A DNA stretch of 58,977 bases from Camelus ferus (taxonomy: Eukaryota). The notes under the pieces are model-generated. The model was given only the letters and a program-made list of their open reading frames with translations, searched no databases and was not told the origin of the DNA. Positions within the stretch are counted from its first letter, which is position 1. Each line of letters starts with the position of its first letter. Positions 12,401 through 23,955 of this stretch are shown here, one piece after another. The position numbers and the translations under genes were made by a program. The stretch is taken from assembly GCF_009834535.1 (NCBI RefSeq), contig NC_045697.1, positions 121,212,001-121,270,977 of the forward strand, in the 5' to 3' direction.

Positions 12401-14379
12401 GGAACATAGTTGTTGGTCAGATTAAATCCATCACATAAATTATCTTTCCTTCCACAAGTTACCTCTGTCTTTGAACTTGAGACTTTTTGAGTCTCAGATT
12501 CCAGAATCTTAATTACCACAAGTAGATTTCCAGGGGCTTAGACCATGAAGTCACAGAATTCCTAAAATATTGAGTGGTGTTCTGCCTGATGTGCTATATG
12601 CTTGACATCTTCACCTTGTAACAATTTAACATCCATATGAAACTTCTGTATTCTCACTTTTCATCTCATGGTGAAATATGCTCTTTCTATGTCTTCCCAA
12701 AGATTTAAATTATTTTCCTATAACACACTGAGGAGGACAATTCTGATACAATTTCTCCTTCGGCAGACACTAAATATATAATTTCTCTTACTTGCTTCCA
12801 ATTCTGGAAAACTTAGTTTTTGTTCTTTTTCCTCCCAACATAGAGTGAACATTTGAACCCATTTCTGCTTTTTCAAATAGAAAAACTGAGGCAAAGACCA
12901 CATTACCTTCTTAATTATTAGCACAGTCATTACTTCTTAATTATTAACATAATCATTACCTTTGGATGAACTAAAACATTTTAGCTCCCCTGAAGACTTG
13001 AAAATTTTGAGTTTATGTTTTTAAAAAAACTGTTTCTGAATTTTAAAAATCAGAAAGGGATTGGACTGTTGCCCGCAGGCTTCCCTGGAGCTATGTAAAA
13101 TTTCAGTGCCAGACATGGGTAACTCAGAGGCAAGTAAATTCTCCTTATATAATCCCAATGTTCAAATGCTGGCATGTAAACTGGATCTTTTGTTATCTAT
13201 AAGAGTAAGAAGGCATATGGTAAAGACAGCCTTTTCAGAGCCCTTTATGCTCATTTCAGGAATACAACACATCTTATTCCAAAATGCAGAGCTCAACATT
13301 AAAACCACCCACAGATTTTACCTGTTGAGGAGAGGGGTGAGAGATGGGGGCAGACTGTAAGGGAGAAGTCAGTTACTTGAGGGAAGCCAAGAGCACCATG
13401 AGAAACAGAGAAACTCCCAACAGCCGGGTCAGTACCAGTCAAGGCAAAAGAGGACAGAGGTAGGTGTGGAGTAGGGAACATGGGACAGATGCAGAAACAG
13501 GGCCTCCAGGTCTGGCTGTTATTTACATGATAGAGGAATTCACGTATTACAAATAGCTCTCACATAGATGGCTTTATTCCAGACCTTATCGTGGGCAGGC
13601 AGGCATTATTAACTACATATTGCCCTCAGTGGTACAGAGACTCAGAAGCAGGCCATGAGCTGTGGCCCTTCTCTAAAGGAACAGAACTTATAAGCAGAAT
13701 CCAGATCTTCCCACCACAAGCCAGGACTCTTCCCAGGACCTCCGATTTGGACTCCACTGTCAAAACCAGAGGCACTGAACTTCACGGCAACTGTGACAAT
13801 TTCTCTTACTTACCAGTACAAATTTTAGATGTTTCATCAGTTTAGGATCCTGTTTGTTTCTTTATTCTGCTTGGAAGGAAATCTGATTCCAACAGATACA
13901 CAGATGTAAATGGTAACAATTTTTTTAATAGCTCCCCTTGCAATTTCAGGAAAACTCCAATTAAACAAAGATAGCAGGAAAAGCTTTTTTCCCAATAACT
14001 GCCCAAAAATGAGATCAGCTGGCAGAACAAAGTATAGCCTCCCTGCTATCATTGATTGTCTCCAACAGTGAAGGTACAGAATTCAATTCAATGTGCCTGT
14101 TTTTAGATAGTGTCTGTGTGTGTACACACACACGTATGTAGATATATATAGATATATAGCGATACATATAAATATAATGACAAAATTAGAATTTGGAAAA
14201 CAAGGTATTATGCTATGTGTGTGCCACCAAGGTTTGCTCTGAGTCTTTGAAGAAACAATGGAGGAAATAATCAGATGACTTGATCAGCGGGAAATGGATT
14301 GTACAAAAAGGCTGTGACAGACGCTTACCATGCTGTAGAATTGGCCTTAGATAGTGATACTCTTGTGTCTGCACTTTTA

Positions 14380-15240
14380 TGAATGAATGAGTAAACAAAT
14401 GAGTTCATTCATTTTTATTTGAAGAAATCAATCCAGAAATATTTACTGAGTAAATTTTGCTTGCAAAAAGCCCCGTGCTGTGAACTTGAGGGCTATAAAG
14501 ACACTGTCTAAATAGAAGTTAAGGCTGAAGTATGAACAGGAATAGATAAGCCACCTTACAGAGAAGTGAATGATTCATCCCTTGAGAGAAGTCTGAACCA
14601 TAAGTAGTCAAGGGATTTCGAAGTCACTTCCATTCCAGGGCTCAGGAAGAGCTTTGTTGTAGTTGGGGTTCTGCTAGCCTTTGACGGACAACTAGATTGA
14701 AACAGGACTCAGAAAAATGGAAGACAGGACTTGCAGGCAGAGCAGCTAACCCAAACCACTTCACAGGAAAAAAATTAATAATTTTTAAGGCAGGCTATAG
14801 CCTTTGGTTGGGGGGCTGTGTTATCTCACAGACTGCAGAGTTTGAACTTTATCTGAGAGGTAAGAGGGAGCCACAGGAAGCTTTGAGGGAAGAGAGTAGT
14901 AGTTGTGCAAGATGATTAGAGACTTGGAAAATAAGGTACTAGTCCAGGTATGCAGTGACAAAATCTGACAGAGAGTAGGTGCGGGGGAAAGGGAAAGGCA
15001 AGTGAAGCGAGGAGGAAAATGACGTAATCACCAGCCAGAGCGCTGAATAGACTTTGCGCCCCCTAGAGGACGGAGATTGTATCGTATTCATCACACTACC
15101 TGACACTTCACAAGCTCTGGGTATTTGCGGAGTGAATACAGAAGGCAAGGGACGGGAAGGATTTTAATTATTGCACTTTTGAACGTGGGCCACTTAGAAG
15201 AAAATGGCGCTGTTCACTAAAATGGGAAAATTGGTGGTGA
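14380..15240 (-). mobile_element. Degraded L2 fragments
   Basis: TTCATTCA..ATATTTACTGAG 3' end in reverse orientation; GAGTTTGAACTTTATCTGAGAGG..GGGAGCCAC; TGGCGCTGTTCACTAAAATGGGAA. Confidence 0.5.
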
Positions 15241-15707
15241 GAAAATTCTGATAAACAAACAACTAAAATGAAATGTGATGATGATGTGGAACTGGAGTAT
15301 CTCTGCTCTTCGGTTCCTCTTAAACACCCCTGATCTGTAACTGACCTACAAAATTATTTTTTAGGTCCTATTAGCAGTTCTGCAATAACAGGAGTCATTC
15401 CTTTGTTCATGATCGTTGTCTTCTTTCCTAAGTTCCTTGCACGCATTAAAAACTGTGACTCTATGAAGTAATTAAGACGATGAAGGGGGGGAAATGGACT
15501 GATTGTGTTTTGCCTGAAACTGCAGCATGAAAAAGGCCCAGTAGGTGGGCGTGCTGTCTGGCCATGCTTAACATCCAAGGAGATAAAAGATAACCCCTGG
15601 CAAGGTTCCACAGACCTCAGATTTTAAGGACCTGCATTTATACCAAACACGAAATGTATCTGGGATGCCTCGGGCTGTATCACAGGTACAGAGAAGGGGT
15701 TAAACGT

Positions 15708-15807
15708 NNNNNNNNNNNNNNNNNNNNNNNNNNNNNNNNNNNNNNNNNNNNNNNNNNNNNNNNNNNNNNNNNNNNNNNNNNNNNNNNNNNNNNNNNNNNN
15801 NNNNNNN
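15708..15807. other. Assembly gap (100 N, true size unknown)
   Basis: Run of exactly 100 N. Confidence 1.
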
Positions 15808-16019
15808 AACACAACACCCTAAATTAGAGACACGGCTGTGGAATTGCTGAAATAAGTTGGGTTATTAGGGAATTTTGAGTAATAAATGAATATATTATAA
15901 ATGAATATATTATATAATACAAAGAGATTGTTGCTACTTAAATTTACAACCTCCGGGGATTAGGAGGAAATACAATTAATAAGAAGAAAATGGAAAGGAA
16001 TGAGAGGCGATCAAATACA

Positions 16020-16425
16020 TAAGACAAGAAAAAAATGGGAGAGAAGGAAGCGAAGGAAGAAGGAAGGACAGGGAATATGAAGGAAGAAAGAAGGAAGAGA
16101 GTCGAGAAAGAATGAAAAAAGAAAGAAGAAAGAAGAAAGGCATTAAGAAAGAAAGAAAGAAAGAAAAAGGAACAGCAAAGAAAGAAGAAAGAAAGAAAGA
16201 TACCTAGAAAGAAAGGAACGAGAATAGAGAAAGAGAAAGAAAGAAGAAAAAGAAAGAAAAGATAAAAGAAAAGAAAGAAAGAAAGGAAAGAAAGGAATCA
16301 GAAGGAAGAAAGAAGAAAGGAAGGAAGGAAGAGGAAGAAAGGAAGAGGAACGGAAGAGAAGGCAGAGGAGCAATGAAGAAAGAGAAAGGAAGAGGATGGA
16401 AAGAAGAAAGGAACAAAGGAGAAGG
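16020..16425. repeat. GA-rich / (GAAA)n low-complexity tract (left arm)
   Basis: Imperfect GAAA/GGAA arrays. Confidence 0.9.
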
Positions 16426-16489
16426 AATTATAATTTTGATATTTTACAAAAAAAATGATATGGACAATTCTGCACATAGTCTAGGAAAA

Positions 16490-17590
16490 TAAAGACTCAA
16501 ATAAAACTCAGAATGAAAGAGGAGGCATCACCACTGATATTACGGGGATGCAATGAATCACAGGAAATTACCGTGGATAATTATTAACCAAACATTTAGA
16601 TGACCTAGAACAAAAGATGGATTCCTAGAAATATTCATCTACCTATAAAGAACTATGAAAAACTACAAAATGTTAATTAGACCAATAATATGAGTGAGTA
16701 AATCAGGAACCAAAACCTACAAACCAGGAAAAAATCCATAAGATGCCTTGCGTGGTGAATTCTGTCATACATTGGTAGACAATTTAAGATCAATCTTTCT
16801 CCAACTCTTCCAAGAATGTGAAGGGGGGAAAGTCTCCAAACATGTTTTATGAAGCCAGCTTTACTTACATACCAAAGTCAGAAAGGACAATGCACAAAAA
16901 ACTTAGAACAATATCCCTGATGTGCACATGTGCCAAAATTCTCAACAAAACACAAGCAAAATGAATTCAACAATACATTCAAAGGATCATACACTGTGAG
17001 CAAGGAAGTTAAGAATGCTTTGAATTATTCAAATCACTAAGTGTGACATGCCACACTGATAGAATGACAGATAAAGCTCACACGATCATCTCAATAGATG
17101 CAGGGAAATCATTCGATAGAATAAAAGCATCCTTTTATTTTACTGCCCCCACAACACATTAAATCAACCCAACATCCCTGGACAGGAAAATGGATGAGGA
17201 TACTGTGATGCATATATGCAGTGGAACCGATAACTTATATTCCCATCAAAAGTGTTCAAGGTTTTACTTTTCTCCATATCCTCACCAACATGTATTAGTT
17301 TGCTTTTTGTTCAGAGCCATTCTGACAGGTGTGAGGTGATAATTCATTTGTGGTTTATTGTATTCCCAATAACTTGTGGCTCTGAAATTTTGGAGTAGCT
17401 TCATATGTTGTTTGCTCAACTATGTCTCTTCTTTCGAAAACCTATTCAAATGTGTCTATTCAGAGCCTCTGGACCTTTGTTTATGTGGGTTCTTTGGCCT
17501 TTTTTTATTGTTAAGTCTAGGAGTTTCACATATATTTTGGATATTAACTCCTTAATGTATAATAATATTTAAATGTGTTCTCCAAATCCT
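16490..17590. mobile_element. Degraded L1 fragments within the palindrome arm (ORF2 piece on + at ~16490-17130, reverse piece at ~17235-17590); mirrored at ~25250-26350
   Basis: ATCATCTCAATAGATGCAG, ATTCTCAACAAAA, CCTCACCAACA, CCATTCTGACAGGTGTGAGGTGATA. Confidence 0.75.
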
Positions 17591-17758
17591 CCCATTTTCT
17601 CTTCTTCCTTGCAAGAAATTATTTAACTTTACTCCCAAATGATTACATCAAGTCATCATATCAATCAAACATCTAGGTTAAAAAAAGATAGCTTTGCCTA
17701 CCGTTTTACTCTTAACACTATTTTAGAAAAATAAGGCAAATACAGGTCCACGTGCACT

Positions 17759-17764
17759 TTTATT
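17759..17764 (-). terminator. Poly(A) signal of HSFY copy 1
   Basis: AATAAA on the minus strand about 90 nt after the stop codon, followed by GT/T-rich sequence. Confidence 0.6.
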
Positions 17765-17855
17765 GCTCACATAAGAGAACTGCAAGTATTTTGCTACTTG
17801 TTAACATCAACTTTAATCTATGTTATCCTGCATAATCTGGTAGTCCTTTGGTAGA

Positions 17856-18548
17856 TCAGTTGTAATTTGGATGACGTTCACACCCTGAAGATGGTTGATG
17901 GGTTGGCCTTGAAAGAGAGGCAACAGAGGTGTGAGCTATCATTGGCATTTGGAACCATAAGTTGCCTGCTGGTTGCAGGTTAGAAAAGTAAAACCCATTG
18001 GCTGATACATCGGGGTATCTAGTTTGAAAAGTAGACGGTTCCACCACCAGTCCAACGTAACTGCTCTGTACGGGAGATACGATGCGGTACTGAGAAGTAG
18101 ACGTCACAGTTGTAATGAAATTCAATATGCGGCCATTTGCTTGAGTGTAGCTGCTTTGTGAGTGCACGTGAAATGTGGTCAACTGATTTAAAATAGCATG
18201 TTGATCCACTGCAGTTTGTTCTGATGGTCTAGCGGACATAGATGATGGAGGAGAAAAATCATTTCTAATTGGGGTAGCTGTATTAAGGGTTCTCTGACTG
18301 GTTGAGGGCTTCCTTATGAAAGGCACATTTAAATTTTCGGAGGTTGACAATACACTCGCTCCACTAGTGCCCGCCCCCAAACCACAATTATTAGTATCCT
18401 CATTACCCCCTGCTTTAAAATGCTTCTTGTTGAAATCTTGAGCTAATGAAGATACCGCAGAAGCAACATTAATCCCGACTCTTCTTTTTATTCTCACTAG
18501 AAGCTGAGGACAGCCTCGTTTAAAATGTGGGTTATGGTAGAACTGCAA
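17856..18548 (-). CDS. HSFY: HSFY copy 1, coding exon 2 (230 codons + TGA); spliced product 398 aa, intact
   Basis: Polypyrimidine acceptor TCCTTTTGTTGTAG|TTG. LQFYHNPHFKRGCPQLLVRIKRR completes the HSF domain. DQHAILNQLTT and the C-terminal HPNYN* match HSFY. Intron 18549-19132 (584 bp). Confidence 0.95.
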   Translation of the reverse strand: MQFYHNPHFKRGCPQLLVRIKRRVGINVASAVSSLAQDFNKKHFKAGGNEDTNNCGLGAGTSGASVLSTSENLNVPFIRKPSTSQRTLNTATPIRNDFSPPSSMSARPSEQTAVDQHAILNQLTTFHVHSQSSYTQANGRILNFITTVTSTSQYRIVSPVQSSYVGLVVEPSTFQTRYPDVSANGFYFSNLQPAGNLWFQMPMIAHTSVASLSRPTHQPSSGCERHPNYN

Positions 18549-18885
18549 CTACAACAAAAGGAGAAAGATTTTAGTAATATTTTAAACCAAGAAACAAGAC
18601 TACAATAAGCCTCACCTATCAAACCTCAGATTTCAAGGTTACTACACAAAGATAATGTCATCAAAATATATACATTGTTGATTATTTTTTGAAATTACTT
18701 ATTGGCATATACACATTTAAATATTTTAGCCCTCAAGTTTAAAATGTTCGCACTTGCAGCAATGGCGAATGCCAGGTTGTAATAGCTTTATTCTGAGTTC
18801 TGATAAGATTCAAAGGCCCTAGCACAGTTTCTCATAAACGTGAATACTTAATGCACAAACTGTCCTCTTTTTTTTTTTTTTGGAA

Positions 18886-18971
18886 AAATAAATAAATATG
18901 TAAGTAAAGTAAGTAAGTAAGTAAGTAAATAAATAAGTAAATAAGTAAGTAAATAAATAATAAATAATAAG

Positions 18972-19010
<39 letters not shown>
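18886..19010. repeat. Compound (TAAG)/(TAAA)n microsatellite in HSFY copy 1 intron
   Basis: Direct tetranucleotide arrays. Confidence 0.9.
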
Positions 19011-19013
<3 letters not shown>

Positions 19014-19132
19014 TAGCATTATCAGTTGTATATAATTTCCAAGATCTAGTTTTACATGTATATTTCCATAGATTGGTGTACAAAATTAAATTCAATATAT
19101 GTCACAACATGGTAACCAATTTTTTTTAATAC

Positions 19133-19636
19133 CTTGCTTAAAGTGGAGACTTGTTTTCCTTCTGCCAGAAAGTCAGCTGGAGAAGCAGATCTTTGAAAGT
19201 TCTGCTGCACTTTCCTAAACCCATAAAGGTTGAGCTGTCTAACTAAAGTTTTCAGACTTCCAGTTTTGAATATTCTGAAAGGGGCCTTTCTTTCCAGAAC
19301 TTCTTTCTTGAAGAGATCTTCATCAATCACTACCAAGGTTCCACTCTCATCCCACCAAATCGATTTAAATTGATCACTTCCAACCAGTTTCCAGAGTTTT
19401 CTTGGGAAGGTCAGAGAAAGAAAATCATCGTTTTCATCTGGTTCAGAGACAGAAAATGTGTAACATGGACTTTTTGTCAAGGATCCCTCAGACAAAGCCT
19501 GAAAAGCATTTTCTTCAATCACAGACCTCAATTCCAGGTCCCTAGCGAATGTGTGATCACACAATGGAGGTCTACTGGAGTTTTCTGATGCATTTTTAGG
19601 AGACACATCTTGATTTTCTGAAGAAACATGTGACAT
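19133..19636 (-). CDS. HSFY: HSFY copy 1, coding exon 1 (168 codons; N-terminus and most of the HSF DNA-binding domain)
   Basis: ATG at 19636 gives MSHVSSENQDVSPK, like human HSFY MAHVSSETQDVSPK. HSF-domain motifs FPRKLWKLV..DQFKSIWWDESG and VRQLNLYGFRK are present. The exon ends ...LSK at donor AAG|GTATTA (GT = 19132-19131). Length 504 nt, phase 0. Confidence 0.95.
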
Positions 19637-19766
19637 CTCAATTACCTCTTTCTTCAGCCACTTTTCTAATCTGCATGGTTTTGGCACTGCCGCTTCAAAT
19701 GCTGCATTGGCAGGCCTGCACACACAGACTGCCTAGGCCATCACAGTGGCTCACAGCCTGAGTAGC

Positions 19767-19800
19767 TGTGACATCACAATCTGTCTGGTCTCCTAGCAAT
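19767..19800 (-). promoter_or_regulatory. HSFY copy 1 proximal promoter: RFX X-box-like site plus CRE-like site
   Basis: On the + strand, GTCTCCTAGCAAT (19788-19800) and TGTGACATCACA (19767-19778), about 130-165 bp upstream of the ATG. Confidence 0.5.
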
Positions 19801-20346
19801 CTGAGTGGCACATTTGGCCAGCGTTTACTTCTCATTCATCCAGTTAGTGTAAAATATAATATAGGCTGTTTGTTGTTATAGTGTGACCTGCAAATATTAT
19901 TCCCACAAAATCTTTTAAATAAATTAATTTTGGGGTCCATGTAATGAAACTGATTTCCTTCCTTTCTCACACAAACTCATAACAGATTGGTGAACAGAGT
20001 TTAAATAAATACTCCACAAACTAAATATTTTATAATGTTTATGAATTTGAAGCCAAAATGTGTCTCAAACCTGTACAAATATGGTTAAAATATTCCATTA
20101 TTGTTTTTGATTAAAGTACAACCTAAATTAATTTGAATGTGAAAGTAGTTATTTATCTGGTTATTTTACATTAAGTAGCCGTGTTTTCAAAAGCTATGAA
20201 TGCACATCAATTTATTTGGCATGTTTTTGAATACATGGTAAATATTTATGAAATAAAATTAGATTAAAATTACATCAATCTACATACACTAAGGCAATCC
20301 CAAAGATTGGGAAATTTAAACATAACTTTTTTAATTCAGTGTTATA

Positions 20347-22514
20347 TGGAAAGCAAATATAGTTTTCCACTAAATTTTTTAGAACAGAAAATGGATTCTG
20401 TAAAGTTTCTGGATAAAATTTCAGTATATTTTTAATTTTTTTTTATCTATCCATGAAAATAAACTATCAGAAACAGGTGTTTAAATGTAACACTTTTTAT
20501 AATTTAAAAGAAAGCAATACTTACAACTCAATTTAGCCAATCATTTGATAATCTTGTAGTTCCAAAATTCAAACACATTCATCAAGGATTTTGAAATTGA
20601 TACAAAAAAATTAAAAGGAATTCTAAAAAGTGTCACATTAATGATTAGAAATAATATTTAAATATCCATACTTGATAAAGAATTGTGCATTTAAGATGAT
20701 TCCTATCAAAATACCCATGATAATCTTCACTTATTTAGAACTAATTATTTCAAAGTTATAGGTAATGAAAAAGATCATATGTTGCCAAAGCAATCTCAAA
20801 AAAATAAAAATAAATGTTAAATCCAGTTTTATAATTATTTCTATACTTACACTGTACTACTATGCCATATTAATTAATGCAATGTGATACTGAATCAAAT
20901 ACAGACACACAGATCATTGGAAGAGAATAGAACAAACAGGTATAAACCCTCATTGCCGATGGTAATTTAATCAATTGAAATGAAAGCAAGATTAATCAAT
21001 AAAGGAAAAACATCCTCTTCAATAATTTGTGCTAGGGAACCTGAGCAAGTAAATGAGAAATTATGCTGTTTCCTCACATTGTGTATGGTCCATGAGCACA
21101 GAATATCTTCCTTTTATTTTTGTCTCTTTAAATTTCTTGTATCAGCAGTTTAGAGGTTTTGTATTTAGCTGAATTTCTTCATTTGTTAATATTTTCCTAG
21201 GTATTTTATTATTTTTGATTCAATTGAACATACAAATGCGTCCCTAATTTCTCTTTCTGATAATAATAATTTTTTAGTATATACAAATTCAATTGATTTT
21301 GTGTGTATTGATTTTGTACTCTGCAAGTTTACTAATTTTGTTCATTTTTATTAACAGTTACTTGTGGAGTCTTTGGCATTTTCTATACATAAATAATTAT
21401 GTTATTTACCAACAGAGACAAGATTGCTGCTTCTTTTCCTTGTAGGATGACTTTTATGTCTTTTTCTTGACTAAGTGTTAGACTAGTGCTTCTGATAGTG
21501 TAATTTAGCACTGGTGAGAATGAGCTTCTTTTTCTTATTACTGGTCTAGAGGAAATGATTCCTGCCTTTTAACATTCAGTATGATGTTAGACACAGCTTT
21601 TTCTATTATGGCTTATATTATGTTTAGTTACTGTCTATCTGTAGCTAATTGTTTAAGAACTTTTAATAATAATGTTCATTTAAATTCAGTCAATGTTTTT
21701 CCTACATCTACTGAGTTTATTATTTTTAGTTACTCTGTTTTTTAAGGGAGGATATCACATTTATTGATTTACATATATTAAATCACATTTCTGTATCAGA
21801 AATAAATCTCATTTAATCATGATTCTTAATATTTATAAAGTGTAGAGAATTCAAATTGCTAATATTTCAATTAGGATGAAATATACATATAAGTGCTGAA
21901 GGAAAATTTTACACTGTATCTTGAGAACATATTTATTTCGTTCAGTATATTTTACCTCTCATTTTGAGTTTGGCTTATGTTAAAAGCAAATTCTTTCTAA
22001 ATAAAGAAAAAAGGATTTGTTGGAACTGGATTTACTATAGTTTACTAACACTGAACATCGTACTTATTTACAATACGCACAAAACACTAGGCTGAAAATG
22101 ACAAAATATAGCAAAAATGTCATCTGTTTCCAAGAATGAGACAGAAATTGCTTCATAAAATGTAATTAGGTCATATTTTTTAACCTACCCCACATTTATT
22201 GGGTATTTGTTGTTGTTGTTCTTGTTGATGTTAGTTTGTTTACATATATCTTTGATAATTTACTTATTTTCCACTACATGGAGGCACTGGGAATTGAAAC
22301 CAGCACCTTCATTTAAATGTAATTATCAACAGAATTCTGGAACAATAAGCAGAAGCCAAAAGAATCTGGATTATAAAGAGGACTAGGATATTTATATTTC
22401 TAGGGACTGAAAAAATTCTCATGGAAGAAAAACCAAAAACTTAATTTTATGTTTGCAGTAAGGTAGCCAATTTTGCAAATTTAAGTTTCAATATTACATT
22501 GTATCTCTTTTACT
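20347..22514. other. Palindrome spacer (2168 bp, AT-rich, containing degraded L1 fragments and a SINE remnant)
   Basis: Near-identity between arms stops abruptly at 20346/22515. L1 ORF2-like pieces lie at ~20690-21060 (+) and ~21070-21880 (-). A reverse SINE head fragment GAGGCACTGGGAATTGAAACCAGCACC lies at ~22281-22310. Confidence 0.85.
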
Positions 22515-23060
22515 TATAACACTGAATTAAAAAAGTTATGTTTAAATTTCCCAATCTTTGGGATTGCCTTAGTGTATGTAGATTGATGTAATTTTAATCT
22601 AATTTTATTTCATAAATATTTACCATGTATTCAAAAACATGCCAAATAAATTGATGTGCATTCATAGCTTTTGAAAACACGGCTACTTAATGTAAAATAA
22701 CCAGATAAATAACTACTTTCACATTCAAATTAATTTAGGTTGTACTTTAATCAAAAACAATAATGGAATATTTTAACCATATTTGTACAGGTTTGAGACA
22801 CATTTTGGCTTCAAATTCATAAACATTATAAAATATTTAGTTTGTGGAGTATTTATTTAAACTCTGTTCACCAATCTGTTATGAGTTTGTGTGAGAAAGG
22901 AAGGAAATCAGTTTCATTACATGGACCCCAAAATTAATTTATTTAAAAGATTTTGTGGGAATAATATTTGCAGGTCACACTATAACAACAAACAGCCTAT
23001 ATTATATTTTACACTAACTGGATGAATGAGAAGTAAACGCTGGCCAAATGTGCCACTCAG

Positions 23061-23094
23061 ATTGCTAGGAGACCAGACAGATTGTGATGTCACA
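23061..23094 (+). promoter_or_regulatory. HSFY copy 2 proximal promoter: RFX X-box-like site plus CRE-like site
   Basis: ATTGCTAGGAGAC (23061-23073) and TGTGATGTCACA (23083-23094; core TGATGTCA, one mismatch from CRE TGACGTCA). Confidence 0.5.
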
Positions 23095-23224
23095 GCTACT
23101 CAGGCTGTGAGCCACTGTGATGGCCTAGGCAGTCTGTGTGTGCAGGCCTGCCAATGCAGCATTTGAAGCGGCAGTGCCAAAACCATGCAGATTAGAAAAG
23201 TGGCTGAAGAAAGAGGTAATTGAG

Positions 23225-23729
23225 ATGTCACATGTTTCTTCAGAAAATCAAGATGTGTCTCCTAAAAATGCATCAGAAAACTCCAGTAGACCTCCATTGT
23301 GTGATCACACATTCGCTAGGGACCTTGGACTTGAGGTCTGTGATTGAAGAAAATGCTTTTCAGGCTTTGTCTGAGGGATCCTTGACAAAAAGTCCATGTT
23401 ACACATTTTCTGTCTCTGAACCAGATGAAAACGATGATTTTCTTTCTCTGACCTTCCCAAGAAAACTCTGGAAACTGGTTGGAAGTGATCAATTTAAATC
23501 GATTTGGTGGGATGAGAGTGGAACCTTGGTAGTGATTGATGAAGATCTCTTCAAGAAAGAAGTTCTGGAGAGAAAGGCCCCTTTCAGAATATTCAAAACT
23601 GGAAGTCTGAAAACTTTAGTTAGACAGCTCAACCTTTATGGGTTTAGGAAAGTGCAGCAGAACTTTCAAAGATCTGCTTCTCCAGCTGACTTTCTGGCAG
23701 AAGGAAAACAAGTCTCCACTTTAAGCAAG
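23225..23729 (+). CDS. HSFY: HSFY copy 2, exon 1 (apparent +1 frameshift at ~23324)
   Basis: Reverse complement of copy 1 exon 1. ATG at 23225, donor AAG|GTATTA at 23729/23730. Length is 505 nt because of one extra base in GACCTTGGAC (23321-23330). It may be intact in reality (see findings). Confidence 0.85.
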
Positions 23730-23850
23730 GTATTAAAAAAAATTGGTTACCATGTTGTGACATATATTGAATTTAATTTTGTACACCAATCTATGGAAAT
23801 ATACATGTAAAACTAGATCTTGGAAATTATATACAACTGATAATGCTAAA

Positions 23851-23863
23851 ATTATTTATGTAT

Positions 23864-23894
<31 letters not shown>

Positions 23895-23955
23895 TTTGTT
23901 TGTTTACTTATTTACTTATTTACTTACTTACTTTACTTACATATTTATTTATTTT
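23851..23955. repeat. Compound (TTTA)/(CTTA)n microsatellite in HSFY copy 2 intron
   Basis: Shorter counterpart of 18886-19010. Confidence 0.9.

Larger units (their letters stand above)
15808..20346 (-). repeat. Left arm of HSFY-containing palindrome (truncated by assembly gap)
   Basis: Reverse complement of 22515-26892. Inner end ...TTCAGTGTTATA at 20346 pairs with TATAACACTGAA at 22515. Outer AACACAACACCCTAAAT at 15808 pairs with ATTTAGGGTGTTGTGTT ending at 26892. Confidence 0.95.

Noticed and set aside
11225..12960. Short tandem duplications (12-bp x2 at 11225-11248; ~27-bp x2 at 12901-12960)
   Set aside because: Ordinary slippage duplications with no spacers; not CRISPR-like.
15690..15707. 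GGGTTAA as a piggyBac-type terminus
   Set aside because: Only one short motif next to the gap, with no partner end found.
19052..19132. C-terminal tail VLKKIGYHVV... of the exon 1 ORF
   Set aside because: It is read-through into the intron past the AAG|GT donor. The HSF domain continues in exon 2.
19637..19723. 29-aa N-terminal extension (MCRPANAAF...) of the HSFY ORFs in the track
   Set aside because: It starts at GTG. Similarity to HSFY begins at the ATG of MSHVSS, so this is 5' UTR.
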